Origin: the human T2T-CHM13v2.0 reference genome, Homo sapiens
Assembly (NCBI RefSeq): GCF_009914755.1
Contig: NC_060940.1
Strand: one strand, 5' to 3'
DNA: 64,000 bases
A program made the position numbers and the translations under genes. The notes under the pieces are model-generated. The model saw nothing but the letters and a program-made list of their open reading frames with translations, was not told where the DNA came from and did no database searches. Positions 15,440 to 29,514 of this stretch are shown piece after piece (within the stretch, counting starts at the first letter, position 1; every line of letters begins with the position of its first letter).

Positions 15440-18400
15440 AGAGAAGAAGAGATACATGATGAAATGAAACCAACAGGTTGAGAAGGAAGCTGAAATGAAA
15501 AAAACGATTCATTTACATAAGAAAGGATGTAAAGGAATCAAAGAGAAAACGCAAGCAAGGGAATAAAATTCCCGCTGGAACCAGGAAAGGACAGAACCAA
15601 CATGCGGGAAATCACACCAGCGACATAGACAACATACTCGAAAAGCTGTCCAAGAGAGCAGGAAAAAAGGACACAGAAATTTTAAAGAAAGCACTAAGGA
15701 AAATGAGAATAGATACCTAGAAGAGTTAATAGAGATCCACCCAGTCTAAGTCCAACAAAGAGAAAAAAATCTAAACAGGGCAGAAACGCTAATCAAGTCA
15801 TAATAGAAGAAATCTACGTCCTAAGTCTGCACGTCAAAAGAAGACTTCACTGACGGGGGAAGGAGAGTTTGAGAATAGATCAACTTTATTTCTATCCATG
15901 CAAAGCTTCTTCATTTCAAAAAACTGAATTATCTGCCTCATCCCCCAGCCCTCCCCCATCCAAAAATCAGGCCAACTTCAGAACATTATGTTCCAGAACA
16001 CCTGTTGAAGCAATAAATATTCTGAACTCAAGAATTCTATTCTATAGCCCAAGTGGTCCTTCAGATGAGAACGGGGGAAGAAGATAACTCATCTCTTAGG
16101 GGACAAAATAGGAACTGCCCATTTAAAACATGACTCAAACAGGTACTTCAGAGAACAATTTTAAACCTAAATTTTTAACGTAAAACTGGAGAAGGTGTAG
16201 TAAGAATACATATTAGGATTAATGCTATACAATGATACCAAATAAATACCTGGAGTTGAGGCTTAAGTAATCATTGTAATTATGACAAATTGAAAGCAAA
16301 TATTAAATGATTTTCAAAGGATTACTTGCATATATAATGTGAAAATAGAAAGCAAAACTATAATAATGTGATTTTTAAATGCCAAGTTAAGATAATGAGT
16401 ATAGGAAATGGTCAAACATGAAGAAGAGTGAAAACTTAACTGAATGATGTCTGCCTTTATCACTAGAGTAACATGTTTGTGTATATTGACAAAACAATTA
16501 CTTTCAAGAAAGAACACACGCCCATAAAATGACACGATCAATGATCAGAGCATTTTTTCTCATAACAGACAAAACCTGGAGAAATCTAAGTATTTTAACA
16601 GAATAAATAGACCATAGCATATCTGTGCAGAGAAGTACCACTCAATAATAAAAAGGAATGACACACACAACAATTTGGAAGAAACTCACAGGCATTATGC
16701 TGAATGAAGGGGCCAGACTCAGAAGACTACATGCCAGGCAAACTCATCTATAGTGATCGAAGCCAGATCAGTGGGGGCTGGGTGTGGGGGTGGATGGCGG
16801 GGTGGGGGTGAGAGTGATTGCAAAGGCCATAAGGAAACTTTCTGGGGAAATGGAAATGTTCTATAATTGGATTTGCGTGGTGAGGTATACATCTGTCAAA
16901 AGTCACTTTTACACTGAAAATGTGTGTAATCATAAATAAGTTATACCTCAATAAAGTTGTTTGGAAGACACACACAAAACACATAGAAATAAAAAGAGGA
17001 AATATGCATTTCAAATCAAATGAGAAGATGGAAATAAGGTCTATATTGCAAAAGAAATTGTAATAAAGCATAAAAGACAAAAAGCATTAAACAAGACAGC
17101 AGAAATGAGGCCAAAGGTATTATTTACAAAAAAAAGTTCTGTATGTGAATACTAACAGGGGCTTAATTTGTCATTTCCAAAAACTAGAAACAACTATATT
17201 CTTCAACAAGAAAACAGATAAACAAACTGAAGTTCATCCGTATAACAGAATACCACTCAGAAATTAAAAGGAACAAACTATTACTTGGTACAGCAACATA
17301 AATGAATCTTACATTCAGGTGCCAAGGACCAGAAGAAGAGGGGATGATTACCAATCGGCTACACAAGGGAATCTTTAGGTGATTAAACTGTTCTGCGTGG
17401 TCCTATGGGGGTGGATTCATGACTGTACATTTGTCAAAAACCACAGAGCTGTAGACCACAAAAAAAGAGTGACCTTTTCTGTACGCACTTTTAAAAAAAA
17501 ATCAACCAAGGTGTCAGAGGCTCCCAGGATGGAATGCATCCAGTGACAAATGAATCTCACTGTATTACAGATGTATGATACAACCTAAATACAAGAGACA
17601 GGGAAAAGGAGCTGACCCAAGTAACTTTAGAAAACTGTGTTTTAATTGGACAAAATAAAGACAAAGTATACAAATACTGTATTCTAGTTCAGCAGTCCCC
17701 AACCTTTTTGGCACCAAGGACCAGTCTCATGGAAGACAATTTTTCCACGACGGGCGGAATGGTTTTAGGATGAAACTGTTCCACCTCAGATCATCAGGCA
17801 TTAGTTAGATTCTCATAAGAAACACGCAACCCAAATCCCTTGCATGCGCAGTTCACAAGAGGGTTCGTACTCCTATGAGAATCTAATGCCACTGCTGATC
17901 TGGCAGGAGGCGGAGCTCAGGTGGTAATGCTCCCTTACCCACCACTCACCTCCTGCTGTGTGGCCCGGTTCCTAACAGGCCACGGCCTGGTACCAGTCCA
18001 TAACCAGGGGGTTAGGAACCCCTGCTCTAGTTGGTAAAATTGTTTTTTGCAGAGGTACAAAGAATTTAAAAAATGACCTTAAGCATACACTAGGTTTGAG
18101 CAAATATGTAAATAATTGATAGGAAATGAAAGCCAGGTTTCTCACTGGCTTAAAAAAAAAGCTATAAATAAGCTAAAGGAGAAGATTAGAATAAACCCTG
18201 GAATACTGAATCGGAGTAAGAGATATCAGTATAAACTCATGTTTACTTTAATACATTTACACATATAAACATGGAAATATAAATATATGTATACATGAGT
18301 TAGAGCACACACATATTTCCTACATCTTTCCTCTGAGAAGACCAAGAAGCAGTCACACCCTACTATCAATGAGCACATCCAGCAACACAGATCATGGTTT

Positions 18401-18740
18401 CTTAATATCACTCTCCAATGAAAAAAACTAGGGCTCCCTAGGAAAATGCCTAACTCTAGGGCTGGGACAGAAAACATACAAGATGACCCTAGAAGATCTG
18501 AGAGTGCTAAAAGGTATGAAAGTGCTCCAAATAAATAAATAAACCCACAATGACGGGAATATATCAAAAGGGCCAAATGAAAGAGCTCCCGATGGCCAAA
18601 ACTGGAACAATCTGAGTAACAGAACAAAATTAAGCAACATGCTCCTGATAATAAGAGTAACCCAAAGAATATATATCCCAAAGAATTATAACCCGAAGAA
18701 TAAATATTCAAGAGTCCATCTGATATAAACAGGTGAATTA
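15440..18740 (+). mobile_element. Old L1 fragments (L1M/L1MC/L1ME-like ORF1 remnant and 3' ends)
   Basis: A-rich degenerate L1 with typical 3' motifs (CATTATGCTGAATGAAG...GCCAGAC, GGAAATGTTCTATA, TTATACCTCAATAAAGTTG). Confidence 0.65.
17690..18024 (+). mobile_element. MER1B (hAT-Charlie MITE) with 8-bp TSD
   Basis: CAGCAGTCCCCAACCTTTTTGGCACC...GGTTAGGAACCCCTG; flanks TTCTAGTT / CTCTAGTT. Confidence 0.9.
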
Positions 18741-18743
18741 ATC

Positions 18744-18950
18744 AGCAGTTAGCCAATTATGGCCTGCAGGCCAAATCTGGCCAGATGTTTGTTTTTGGAA
18801 GTAAAGTTTTATTGGTACACACCCATGTCCATGCATCTATGTAATATCTGTGGCTGCTTTCACAATACAACAGTAGAAATGAGTTGTTGTCACACAGAGT
18901 GTTCAGCTCACAAATACTTACTCTGGCCCAAGAAAAAGTTTGCCAACACT
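18744..18950. mobile_element. MER58A
   Basis: TATGGCCTGCAGGCCAAATCTGGCC...TAAAGTTTTATTGG...AAAGTTTGCCAAC. Confidence 0.85.
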
Positions 18951-20509
18951 TATCACTATACAAAACCACAAAACCAAAGATAAATAATAAAAGCGGAAGA
19001 AAGAAACAAAGGCTATACAAAACAACCACAAAGCAAATGACAAGAGTAAGTCCTAACCTATCAATAATAACATTGAATGTAAATGGATTAAATTTCCCAG
19101 TTAAAAGATAAAGAATGACTGAATGAACTAAAAAAGCAATACCCAACTACATGCTGCCTATAAGAAATTCACTTCACCTGTAAAGACACAAACAGATTGA
19201 AAGTGAAGGGATGGAAAAAGATACACTACACAAACAGAAACCAAAAATGAGCAGAAGTGGTTATATTTATAGCAGATAAAATAGACCTTAAGTTTAAAAA
19301 CTGTAAAAAGCAATAAAGGAGGTCATTATATAATGATAAAGGGATCAATTCAGCAAAAGGAAATTACAATTGTAAATATGTATGTACCCAACACAGGAGC
19401 ACCCAGATACATAAAGCAAATATTATTAGATCTAAAAGGAGGGAAAGACCTCAATACAATATTAGTTGAGACCTTCAACACACCACTCTCAGCACGAGAC
19501 AGATCAAGCAGGCAGAAAATCAACAAACATCAGCTTTAACCTCCACTACAGACCAAATGAACCTACCAGACATTTATAGAAGGTTTCAATCAACTGCTGC
19601 AGAACGCATATTCTTCTCATTAGCACATGAAGCATTCTCCAGGATAGACCATACATCATGCCACAAAAGTCTCTACAAATGCTTTAAAAATTGAAATCAT
19701 ATCAATTATCTTTTCTGACCACAATGAAATAAAACTAGAAATCAATAACAAGAAAAACCTTGAAACTGTACAAATAATCGAAATTAAGCAATGCGTTCCT
19801 TAACAACCAATGAGTCAGTGAAGAAATTAAGAAGGGAACTTAAAAATTTCTTGAAACAAATGAAAACAGAAACACAACATACCAAAACCTATGGGATATA
19901 GAAAAGCAGTACTAAGAGAGAAGGTAATAGCAATGAACATCTACATCAAAAAAGCAGAAAGATTTCAAATGACCTAATGATACATCTCAAGGAACTAGAA
20001 AAGCAAGAAAAAACCGAACTCAATAGACAAAAAGAAATAATAAAGATGAGGGCAGAAATAGGGACTAAAAAATACAAAAGGTCAACAATACAGTTTTTTT
20101 TAAATATAAAATCAACAAACCATTAGCTAGACTAAGTAAAAAATAGAGAAGACACAAATAAAATCACAAACAAAAAAGAAGACATTACAACTGATATTAT
20201 CGAAATACAAAAAATTCTTAGAGACTGTTACAAACAACTATATGCCAACAAATTGGAAAGCCTAGACAAAATGAATACATTCCTGGACACATACAACCTA
20301 CCAAGATTAAACAGGAAATACAAAATAGAAATAGGAAACCTGAATAGACCAATTAACAAGTAACAAGATGGAAGAGTAATAAAAAAAAAAAGCCTCCCAA
20401 CAAAGAAAAGTCCAGAACAGGATGGCTTTACTGCTGAATTCTACCAAACTTTTAAAGAAGGACTCTAAAACTAATTCTTCTCCAAGTCTTCCAAAAATCT
20501 GAAGAGGAG

Positions 20510-20697
20510 GGCCCAGGCATGGTGTCATGCACTTAGAGACCCAGCTCCTCTGGAGGTGGAAGTGAGAGAATCACCTGAAGTCAGGAGTTCAAGGTTGCAG
20601 TGCCCTATGATTGCATCTGTGAATAGCCATTACACTCCGGCCTGAACAACATAGTGATATTTTGTTTCTAAAAAAAAAATAAGTAAAGTAAAATGAT
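20510..20697 (+). mobile_element. FAM (fossil Alu monomer) inserted in the L1MA
   Basis: Single monomer with the 7SL-like GCAGTGCCCTATGATTGCATCTGTGAATAGCCA segment and A tail; approximate TSD AAA(T)CTGAAG(A/G)GGAG. Confidence 0.75.
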
Positions 20698-22158
20698 AAA
20701 CTGAAGGGGAGGGAATTATTCCAAACTCATTCTATGAGGCCAGTGTCATCTTGACACCAAAAGCAAACAAGGACACAAGAAAAAGAAAACTACCGGCCAA
20801 CATCCCTGATGAACGTAGATGCAAAAATCCTCAACAAAGAATACAAGCAAACTAATCCAACAACACATCAACAACATAGTACACCATAATCAAGTGGGAT
20901 TTATCCCAGTGATTCACATATGGCTCAACATACATTAGAAAATAAATGTAATACATCACATTAAGAATGAAAGACAAAAACCATAAAATCATCCCAATGG
21001 ATACAGAGAAAGCATTTAATAAAATTCAGCATCTCATCATGATAAAAACTCTCAACAAATCAGGTAGACAAGGAACGTTCCTCAACATTATAAAGGCCAT
21101 ATCTGACAAACCCACAGCCAACATCACACTGAATCAGGAAAAGTTGGAAGCTTTTCCTCTAAGAACTGGAACAAGACAAGGAGGCACACTTTCACCACTC
21201 TTACTCAACATAGTATTGGAAGTCCTAGCCAGGGAAATTTCACAAGATAAAGAAATAAGGGGCATGCAAACTGGAAACAAGGAAGTCAAATTATCCTTGT
21301 TTGCACACAACATGATCTTATATATATATAAATCTAAAGACTCCACCAAAAACCTCTTAGAACTGATGATTCAGTAAAGTTGCAGGATACAAAATCAACA
21401 AAAAAGTCACATTTCTATACAATCGTAACAAACTAGCTGAAAAAGAAATCCCATTTACAGTAGCTACAAAAACATAAAATACCTAGGAATAAATTTAACC
21501 AAGGAGATGAAAGATCTCTACAATGGAAAGAATAAAACATTGGTGGAAAAAATTAAAGATAAGATTAAAAAAATGGAAATACATCCCATGTTCATGGATT
21601 GGAAGAATATTGTTAAAATGGCCATACTAGCCGAAATGATCTGCAAAGTCAGTGCAATCCCTATAAAAATACCAATGACATTCTGCACAGAAATAGAAAA
21701 AAAAATCCTAAAATTCATATGGAAGCACAAAAGATCCCAAATAGTCAAAGTTATCCTGAGCAAAAGAAACAAAGCTGGAGGCATCATACTACCTGACTTC
21801 AAAATATACTAAAAATCTGTAGTAACCAAAACAGTATAGTACTGGCATAAAAATAGACACAAGATTTCATGGCTAAGACCTCGAAAGCACAGGCAACAAA
21901 AGCAAAAACAGACAGGATTATGTCAAACTAAAAAGCTTCTGTACGTACTGCAAAGAAAACAATCAACAGAATGAACAAATAACCCGCAGAATAGGACAAA
22001 ATATTTGCAAATTATGCATTTGACAAGGGATTAATATCCAGAATATACAAGGAACTCAACACAAGAGCAAAAAACCAAATAGCTGAATTAAAAAATGGGC
22101 CAATGATCTGAAAAGACATTTCTCAAAAGACAATATACAAATGGCCAATAAGCATATG

Positions 22159-22560
22159 TGATACGGTTTGGATCTGTGTCCTTGCCCAAATCTCATGCTG
22201 AATTATAATCCCCAGTGTTAGAGGTGGGGCTTGGTAGGACGTGATTGGATTATGGGGGCACAGTTCTCATGAATAAACTGCCATCCTCCCTTGGTACTGT
22301 ATAGTAAGTTCTCACAAGATCTGATTGTTTCAAAGTATGTAGCATCTCTCCTCCTCTCTCTTACTTCTGCTCCTGCCATATAAGATGTGTCTTCTTCCCC
22401 TTCACCTTCTGCCATGATTGTAAGTTTCCTGAGGCCTCCTCCCAAGCAGAAGCCACTTTGCTTCCTGTAGAGCCTGCAGAACCATCAACCAATTAAAACT
22501 CTTTTCAAGTTATGCAGTCTCAGGTACTTCTTTATAGCAGTGTGAGAATGAACTAATACA
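22159..22560. mobile_element. MSTA-like MaLR solo LTR inserted in the L1MA
   Basis: TGATACGGTTTGGATCTGTGTCC...GAACTAATACA termini with perfect 5-bp TSD ATATG. Confidence 0.92.
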
Positions 22561-23529
22561 ATATGAAAAAATGCTCACCATCACTAATCACCAGGAAAAT
22601 GCAAATCAAAACCACAATGAGATAACATCTCACCCCAGGTAGAATGGCTATTATCAAAAAAACAAAAACTAACAAATGCTGGCAAGGATGTGGAGAAAAG
22701 AGAACTTTATAAACTGTTGGTGGGAATGTAAATTAGTAAAGACATGGAAAATAGAAAGGAGGTTCCTCAAAAAAACTAAAAATTTAATATCATATGATTC
22801 AATAACCCACTACTGGGTATATATCCAAAGGAAGGAAAATCAGTATGTCTAAGATATACCTGTACTCTCATGTTTACTGCAGCACTATTCATAATAGTCA
22901 AGATATAGAACCAACCTAAGTGTCCATCAACAGATGAATGGATAAAGAAAATATGATATACATATTTATATACAATGCAATACTATTTAGCCATAAAAAA
23001 GTATGAGATTCTATCACTTGTGGCAACATGCACGAGCCTGCTGGACATTGTGTTAAGTGAAATAAGCCAGGCATAGAAATACAAATACCACTAGTACTCA
23101 CTCATACGTGGAAGCTAAAAAAGTTGATCTCATAGAAGTAGAGAGTAGAACAGTAGTTACTAGAGGCTGTGAAGAATAGCACGAACAGAGGATAGGGAGA
23201 GGTTAGTTAATAAATACAAAATCACAGCTAAACAGAAGGATTAAGTTTTAATGTTCTACAGCACTGTAAGGTGAATATAGTTAACAAAATTTTATTGTGT
23301 ATTTTCAAATAACTAGAAAAGAGGATTTTTACTATTCTCAACACAAAGAAATGACAAATGTTTGAAGGGATGGATATGCTAATTACCCTGATTTGATCAT
23401 TACACATTATCTATATGTATTGAAATATACTATACTCCATAAATATGTATAATTATTATGTGTCAAAAACTTTTCTTAAAAGGTTGAAAGGTATGTGGAA
23501 AAGGTAAATAATTAGAATGACCAAAACAA

Positions 23530-23819
23530 TTTTTTTTTTTTTTTTTGAGACGGAGTCTCGCTCTGTCGCCCAGGCCGGAGTGCAGTGGCGCGATCTCCGC
23601 TCACCGCAAGCCCCGCCTCCCTGATTCACACCACTCTCCTGCCTCAGCCTCCCGAGTAGCTGGGACTACAGGTGCCTGCAACCACGCCTGGCTGATTTTT
23701 TAGTAGAGACGGGGTTTCACCATGTTAGCCAGGATGGTCTCGATCTCCTGACCTCATGATCCGCCCGCCTCGGCCTCCCAAAGTGCTGGGATTACAGGCG
23801 TGAGCCACTGCGGCCAGCC
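23530..23819 (-). mobile_element. AluY-like
   Basis: Poly-T then GAGACGGAGTCTCGC...TTAGCCAGGATGGTCTCGATCTCC; TSD AAAACAATTTTT. Confidence 0.95.
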
Positions 23820-23829
23820 AAAACAATTT

Positions 23830-25841
23830 TTAAAAAGAGCAAAGTTGGAGAAATCACAGTGCCTCTGCAAAATTCCAGATAAATTAGAAAGTTAAACAAA
23901 AATCTAAGAACATATCAAACACAAAAAATGCGTTTTAAGACTTACAGTGGAGAAGGTCACTGAAACAAAAATCTAATGGCCATGAAGAGTGCTAAATTTC
24001 ACTAAACTATAATTAAAATTTTTCCTTTCATAAAAGACATCAAAAATAAAATTAAATGACAATGGACTGAGAAAATATTCACATTTGCAACAAAAGAGTA
24101 ACATCCAGAATATGTAAGGAACTTCAAAGTCGATTAAGAAAAAGAAGTTAAAAATGGGCAAAGAAGCAGAATAAGAAATACAAATTCAAATAAATAAAAA
24201 TGGCTATCAACATATTAGAAAGAGGGTTAAGCTCATCACTAATCAGGGAAATGAAAATTAAAACAGTGAGAAAGATCAGCAAAATTTTAAAAGGTTGCTA
24301 ATACCCTATGTTGGCAAGGATGTGGGCATACGAATAGCTATATATGTTCTTAGCATATGTAAATGGATATACCCTTTAGGGAAGGTAATTTAACAGATAT
24401 CTATGCAAATTAAAATGTACAACCTTCTCTCCTCCTCCTCCCACACATAGTACATAGGTTCACATCATGCTAGCTTTCTCTCGCCAGTAGGCAGGAAACA
24501 GAAGAAATGTATCACCTCTGAACAGAAAGGTTTAATTTCCTATTTGTTGTCTTCCCTGCCACAGCAACAGAGCAGGCCATGAGTTGTAACGCCGTGCAGC
24601 TAAGAAACAGTTAAGCCTTCAGCAGCAGCCTGGGTCTCTGAGGGACTCGGCGGGCAGAAGATCCCACTAAACACTGTTGGACAGGTAGCATGAGTGAGAA
24701 ATAAACCCCTGCAGTCTTAAGCCACTGGGAAAAAAATCTGCACAAACCCTTGAACCAGCCATTTGACTTTTGAGTATCCATCCGCATACAACCAATTCTA
24801 AAGGGAAAAAAGCAATAAACAGGGACTCTATCAAAGTAGAACCTCTACATAGATCAAGACAGAGCTATATGTCTTAATGTACAGTATGATCCCATTTATG
24901 TCAAAATATGCATATGCAAATATATAAAGGTCTGGAATAATTCACTGTTAATCTTCTATGGTTATTGCCTAATTATTAACAATGGTTTTCTCTAAGGCAG
25001 GGAGTGGATGCAGGGGAAGAGGCCACAAAGAAGGTCTTTCATTTCTATTCAAATTCTTCTGTAAAGCTTTTTTTCAATGAACATTATTTACATAGTATCT
25101 ATTCCATTTAAAAATCAATAAAAATATTTTTTAAATTAATTTGATTTCTGTTTTTAAAAATGACCAACTGGAACATATCATGGGGAAAAATGAGCACATT
25201 CCAAAAAACAACCAAAAAAACACCGAATTGCAAACGTTAACTTTCACAAGAAATATTGGAAAACTACAAGAAGATAAACAACAAAATTCTACTGAGATGT
25301 TTTAAAGGGCTGAAATGAATGGAGCTGTATGTACCATGTTTCTGGATGGGAAGTCTTCACATATTAAAAGTTGGTTTGCAACAAACTGATCGATAAATGT
25401 AACGCAGTTTACAATCAAAGTCCCAATGAGTTCATTTTCAGAACTTTACAAAATGGTTCTCAAGTACCTTTGGGAGAATTAAATAAAAATAGCCAAGAGA
25501 TTTTTGAAAAAGAAGAATAATGAGAAGGCACTTCTACAATAACATACTCAAGTAGAATATAAAGCCACTATACTTGTGAGTGTAGCATTAGGACAGGAAA
25601 AATAAATCAACTGAGCAAGAAAGCAAGCCTGAAAACATCCCTTCATATATTAGGAGATAAAATCGGAAACAAAGTAGCATCAAATATCAGTGCCAAATAG
25701 CAGAATTATTGCATAAGTGGGATTGGGGCAATTATACAGGAATGTGGAGTGAGAAACAAACCCCCACTTCACAGTAGAGGAATCAGAGTTTGGGGGTTTT
25801 CTGAAAATTAATTCCAAGAGGTTCCAAGAGTCAGAAGGCCT

Positions 25842-25878
<37 letters not shown>

Positions 25879-26110
25879 CTATAAAAACTTAGAAGAAAAC
25901 AAGACAGAGGTAGACAGCCATCTCATTTTTCATTGAAAGACATCCCATGTTCAAAATAATATTTTGCTCAGAAAAGCACGTTCTGCACATGTATCCCATT
26001 TTTTAGAAGAAATCAAGAAAAAAAGTGTATAAAATAGAAAAAAATTAAGTGGCATGAAGTAAAATAGTAAAAATAATCAAGAAATATATAAAGATCTCAG
26101 GAATATCATT
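23830..26110 (+). mobile_element. Highly degraded old L1 fragments with an MLT1-type LTR piece (about 24450-24730)
   Basis: ORF2-like A-rich sequence; MLT1 end motif AGCATGAGTGAGAAATAAACC...TTAAGCCACTG. Confidence 0.55.
25845..25874 (+). repeat. (CA)n microsatellite
   Basis: Direct reading. Confidence 0.95.
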
Positions 26111-26125
26111 AAGAAAAGCAGACAG

Positions 26126-26640
<515 letters not shown>

Positions 26641-28014
26641 TTGACATAAAAGTTTATTAGAGTATTAGCTCAATCATGTGGAATATATATACACACATGA
26701 ATCTAGGAAAAAAAGATAAGAAGGAAATGTTAATAAAAATAGGAAACCCCATTAACAGAATTATCTCAACCATGTAGAATATGCACATACACACACACCT
26801 GGGCAAAAAGAGAGGTGGAGATGTTAACAAGAATGTTATCTCCAGGGAGCAAGATTAGTGTTAATTATCTTCTTTATACTCTTTTGTATTTACAAAGTTT
26901 CCTTTCATGAACAGATAAATATATGTGAATAGCATTATATTTTAAAGGTTGATTTACCTCCACAACTAGACTGTGGCCTCCTTGATTGTAGAGGCTCTTT
27001 TTTTCGACTGTGAACCCCACGGCTTGTCACATGGTAGAGGTACAGTCAATGCTAGATGAATGAATGAACACAGAAAGCCTCAGGCTTATCCCCAGATTCA
27101 GGATTGGACTAGAGCTACCAACCTCGTCACTGGTCCCTGGACTTTCTCTAATGTGCACTAGACCAAAGCTGGTGCCCATGAGTCAATGCCCACCCAGCCA
27201 CTCTGCCCTTACAGCAGGTATCCCCATCACCCTGTGGTGGCTCAGGCCACAGGGCCTCCCTGTGGGGTGCTCTAGCAACCAATCTGGTTACCATGCATCA
27301 CACTCTGGCTCAAGGAGAGGGACAAGTGACCCAGCCCCTCCCAGAACCGCACCTGGTGGTCAGGGGCTTCTCCACGGCTATTCCTGGGTACAGGCTCCCC
27401 TAAGTCCTGCTGGTTACCAGGACCCCTACTGCAGGGTCCTGCCCTCTTGACCTCTGATTCCAGACCACACCTGGCCTTGCCTGAGCTTGGATGACAAGCC
27501 TCACCTGCGGAGCCACGTTAGCATCAAACTTTGCACCCAGGTAAGCAGAGCAGCCACCTCCCTTCTCTTGCCCAGCTGCGCAGGGTGGGTGCGCCCATCA
27601 CCACACTGCATACTGAATTCCAAAGTACACACAGGCCAACAATTGAGTTACAGGATAGCGGAAGTGTGCATGTTGCTGGAAGATTGGGAGGTGAAGGTGA
27701 CCAGTAAAAACTCCACTACCTGAGTAGAGCAAAATGTCTGTTTGTCCTAGGAGGTCAGTGAGGTACATTAGATGGTGCTTTCTGAAACCTCATTAACCAA
27801 CTCCCTTCTTTCCTTTCGCACCCTCATCCAAGCCAGACACTGCTAATCAACCACAGCACCCACTCCTAATCAGCCCAGATCAACTCAAAATGCATAGCAC
27901 AGAATTTACACAGAAGCACTTGGCAAATTGATATTCTTCTTCTTCTTTTAAATACAACACTCCAGGCAGCCACAGCTATTCTCTCAGAACCAATACCAAA
28001 GATGGAACTTGATC

Positions 28015-28580
28015 ATCATTCAACAAATGCTTATCAAGTGCTCATCACATGCCAGGCACTGCAGGAGACACCAGAGGTGCAACGGTGAATAAAAACAAAT
28101 GTGGCCCTCATGCTCATGAAGCACACAGTCCATGGGGACAGCCAGCTTCTAATACATAAAGTCACCAACCAACATTAATAGCAAACTGAGATAAGTGCTC
28201 TAGACAAAAGGAAAGACGTTCACCACCGGTGTGTACAAGGTAGCCAACCTGGTCTTGGCAGTCAGGGAAGACTCCTTGGAGGAAGTGACATTCAGAATGG
28301 AAGGAAGAGCTGCCACTGATTGGAACAGGGCATGCGGGAGGAGCTCAGGGAGAAGGCAGTTCCAGTTAGAGGGAAGAGAATGTGCAAATGCTCTGAACCA
28401 AGGAGGAATGTGGCCAGTGGTCAGCGTGAGTAACAGAGAAAGGCCACGTGGCTGAAGCCAAAAGGGACTGGGGCATGTTGAGAGATGAGAGTAAGAAAAC
28501 AGACTCTGCTGGGTCTCTATGGCAAGTTAAGAACCCTGATCTCATCCTGATCCTAAGTGCAAAATAAGCCACCCAGGGGT
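28015..28580 (-). mobile_element. L2 3' fragment
   Basis: CATTCAACAAATGCTTAT...TGCCAGGCACTG...CTCATGAAGCACACAGTC; GGAGGAAGTGACATT. Confidence 0.7.
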
Positions 28581-29297
28581 ATGGCAGGTGGAGAAGTTGG
28601 CCAAGGTAGGGGCTCCCTGGTCCAGGCTTGACATGCTTATTGTCCAGCTAGGAGCTAGACCTCACTAGGTGAGTTCCTCGTGGGCAGATGCTCTGTTTGA
28701 CTCATCCCAACAGCTCACCAGTGCTTCGTCTACGCTGACTTCAGGAAATCCTTTATTGCTCAGCCATCCCTCTGAGACACAGGGTCCAGATCCGAATGCC
28801 CACCAGGGCAGAAGGGAGCACCAAACATCTGGGACCAGAGGTGGCATCAGTTTCCTCTAGCAGGATGGCTGCTAACACCTCCTTTCAGCCTGGTTCTCCC
28901 TTTGCAGTCTTCCACAGGTAAGACCGTCCCTCAGGGTCAGGTGGCTGGGAAAGCGGGCAGGGAGATTCCTGTCTTCACTCTGGCCAAAGGCCACTTTTGA
29001 AGAACTATGAGCGATGCTAGAGTCCTAATGTCATCCAGATGCAAACTTACTGACCCCAAGAACTCCTCCACCTGCCAAGGCCTCTACAAGAACCCACTGC
29101 TTCCTTCTAGGGAGCCCATCTGCTTTCAGGAATGTTCTAGAAGCTTTAGCCCAGCTGTAGAAGGCACACTGAGGGAACGCAGGCAGGTCCCCTGGCAGAA
29201 TCTGTTCTTCCTATTCCAACAAAGATCTGTTGCAGGCCTTTGTGCTATTATGAATATTTTCCACATTTCTTTCAGTAGAACTGGCATTATTATAAAC

Positions 29298-29514
29298 CAA
29301 TGGTCAACAAACGTTTTTGTGAAGGCCCAGATGGTAAATATTTTAGGCTTTGAAGGCCACATGGTCTCTGTTGCAACTACTCAAATCTGCCCTTGTCATG
29401 CAAACACAGCCACAGACAATACATAAACAAATGTGGCTGTGTTCCAATAAAACTTTATTTATAAAAACAAATGGTGGGCCAGATTTGGCCTGTGGCCATA
29501 GTTTGCCAACCCCC
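29298..29514. mobile_element. MER58A
   Basis: GGCCCAGATGGTAAATATTTTAGGCTTTG...GGCCATAGTTTGCCAACCCC. Confidence 0.9.

Larger units (their letters stand above)
18955..23480 (+). mobile_element. Degraded L1MA-type element (ORF2 remnant plus 3'UTR), interrupted by FAM and MST insertions
   Basis: ORF2 fragments ([56 protein letters not shown]); L1MA4/5-like 3'UTR at about 23100-23470. Confidence 0.9.
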
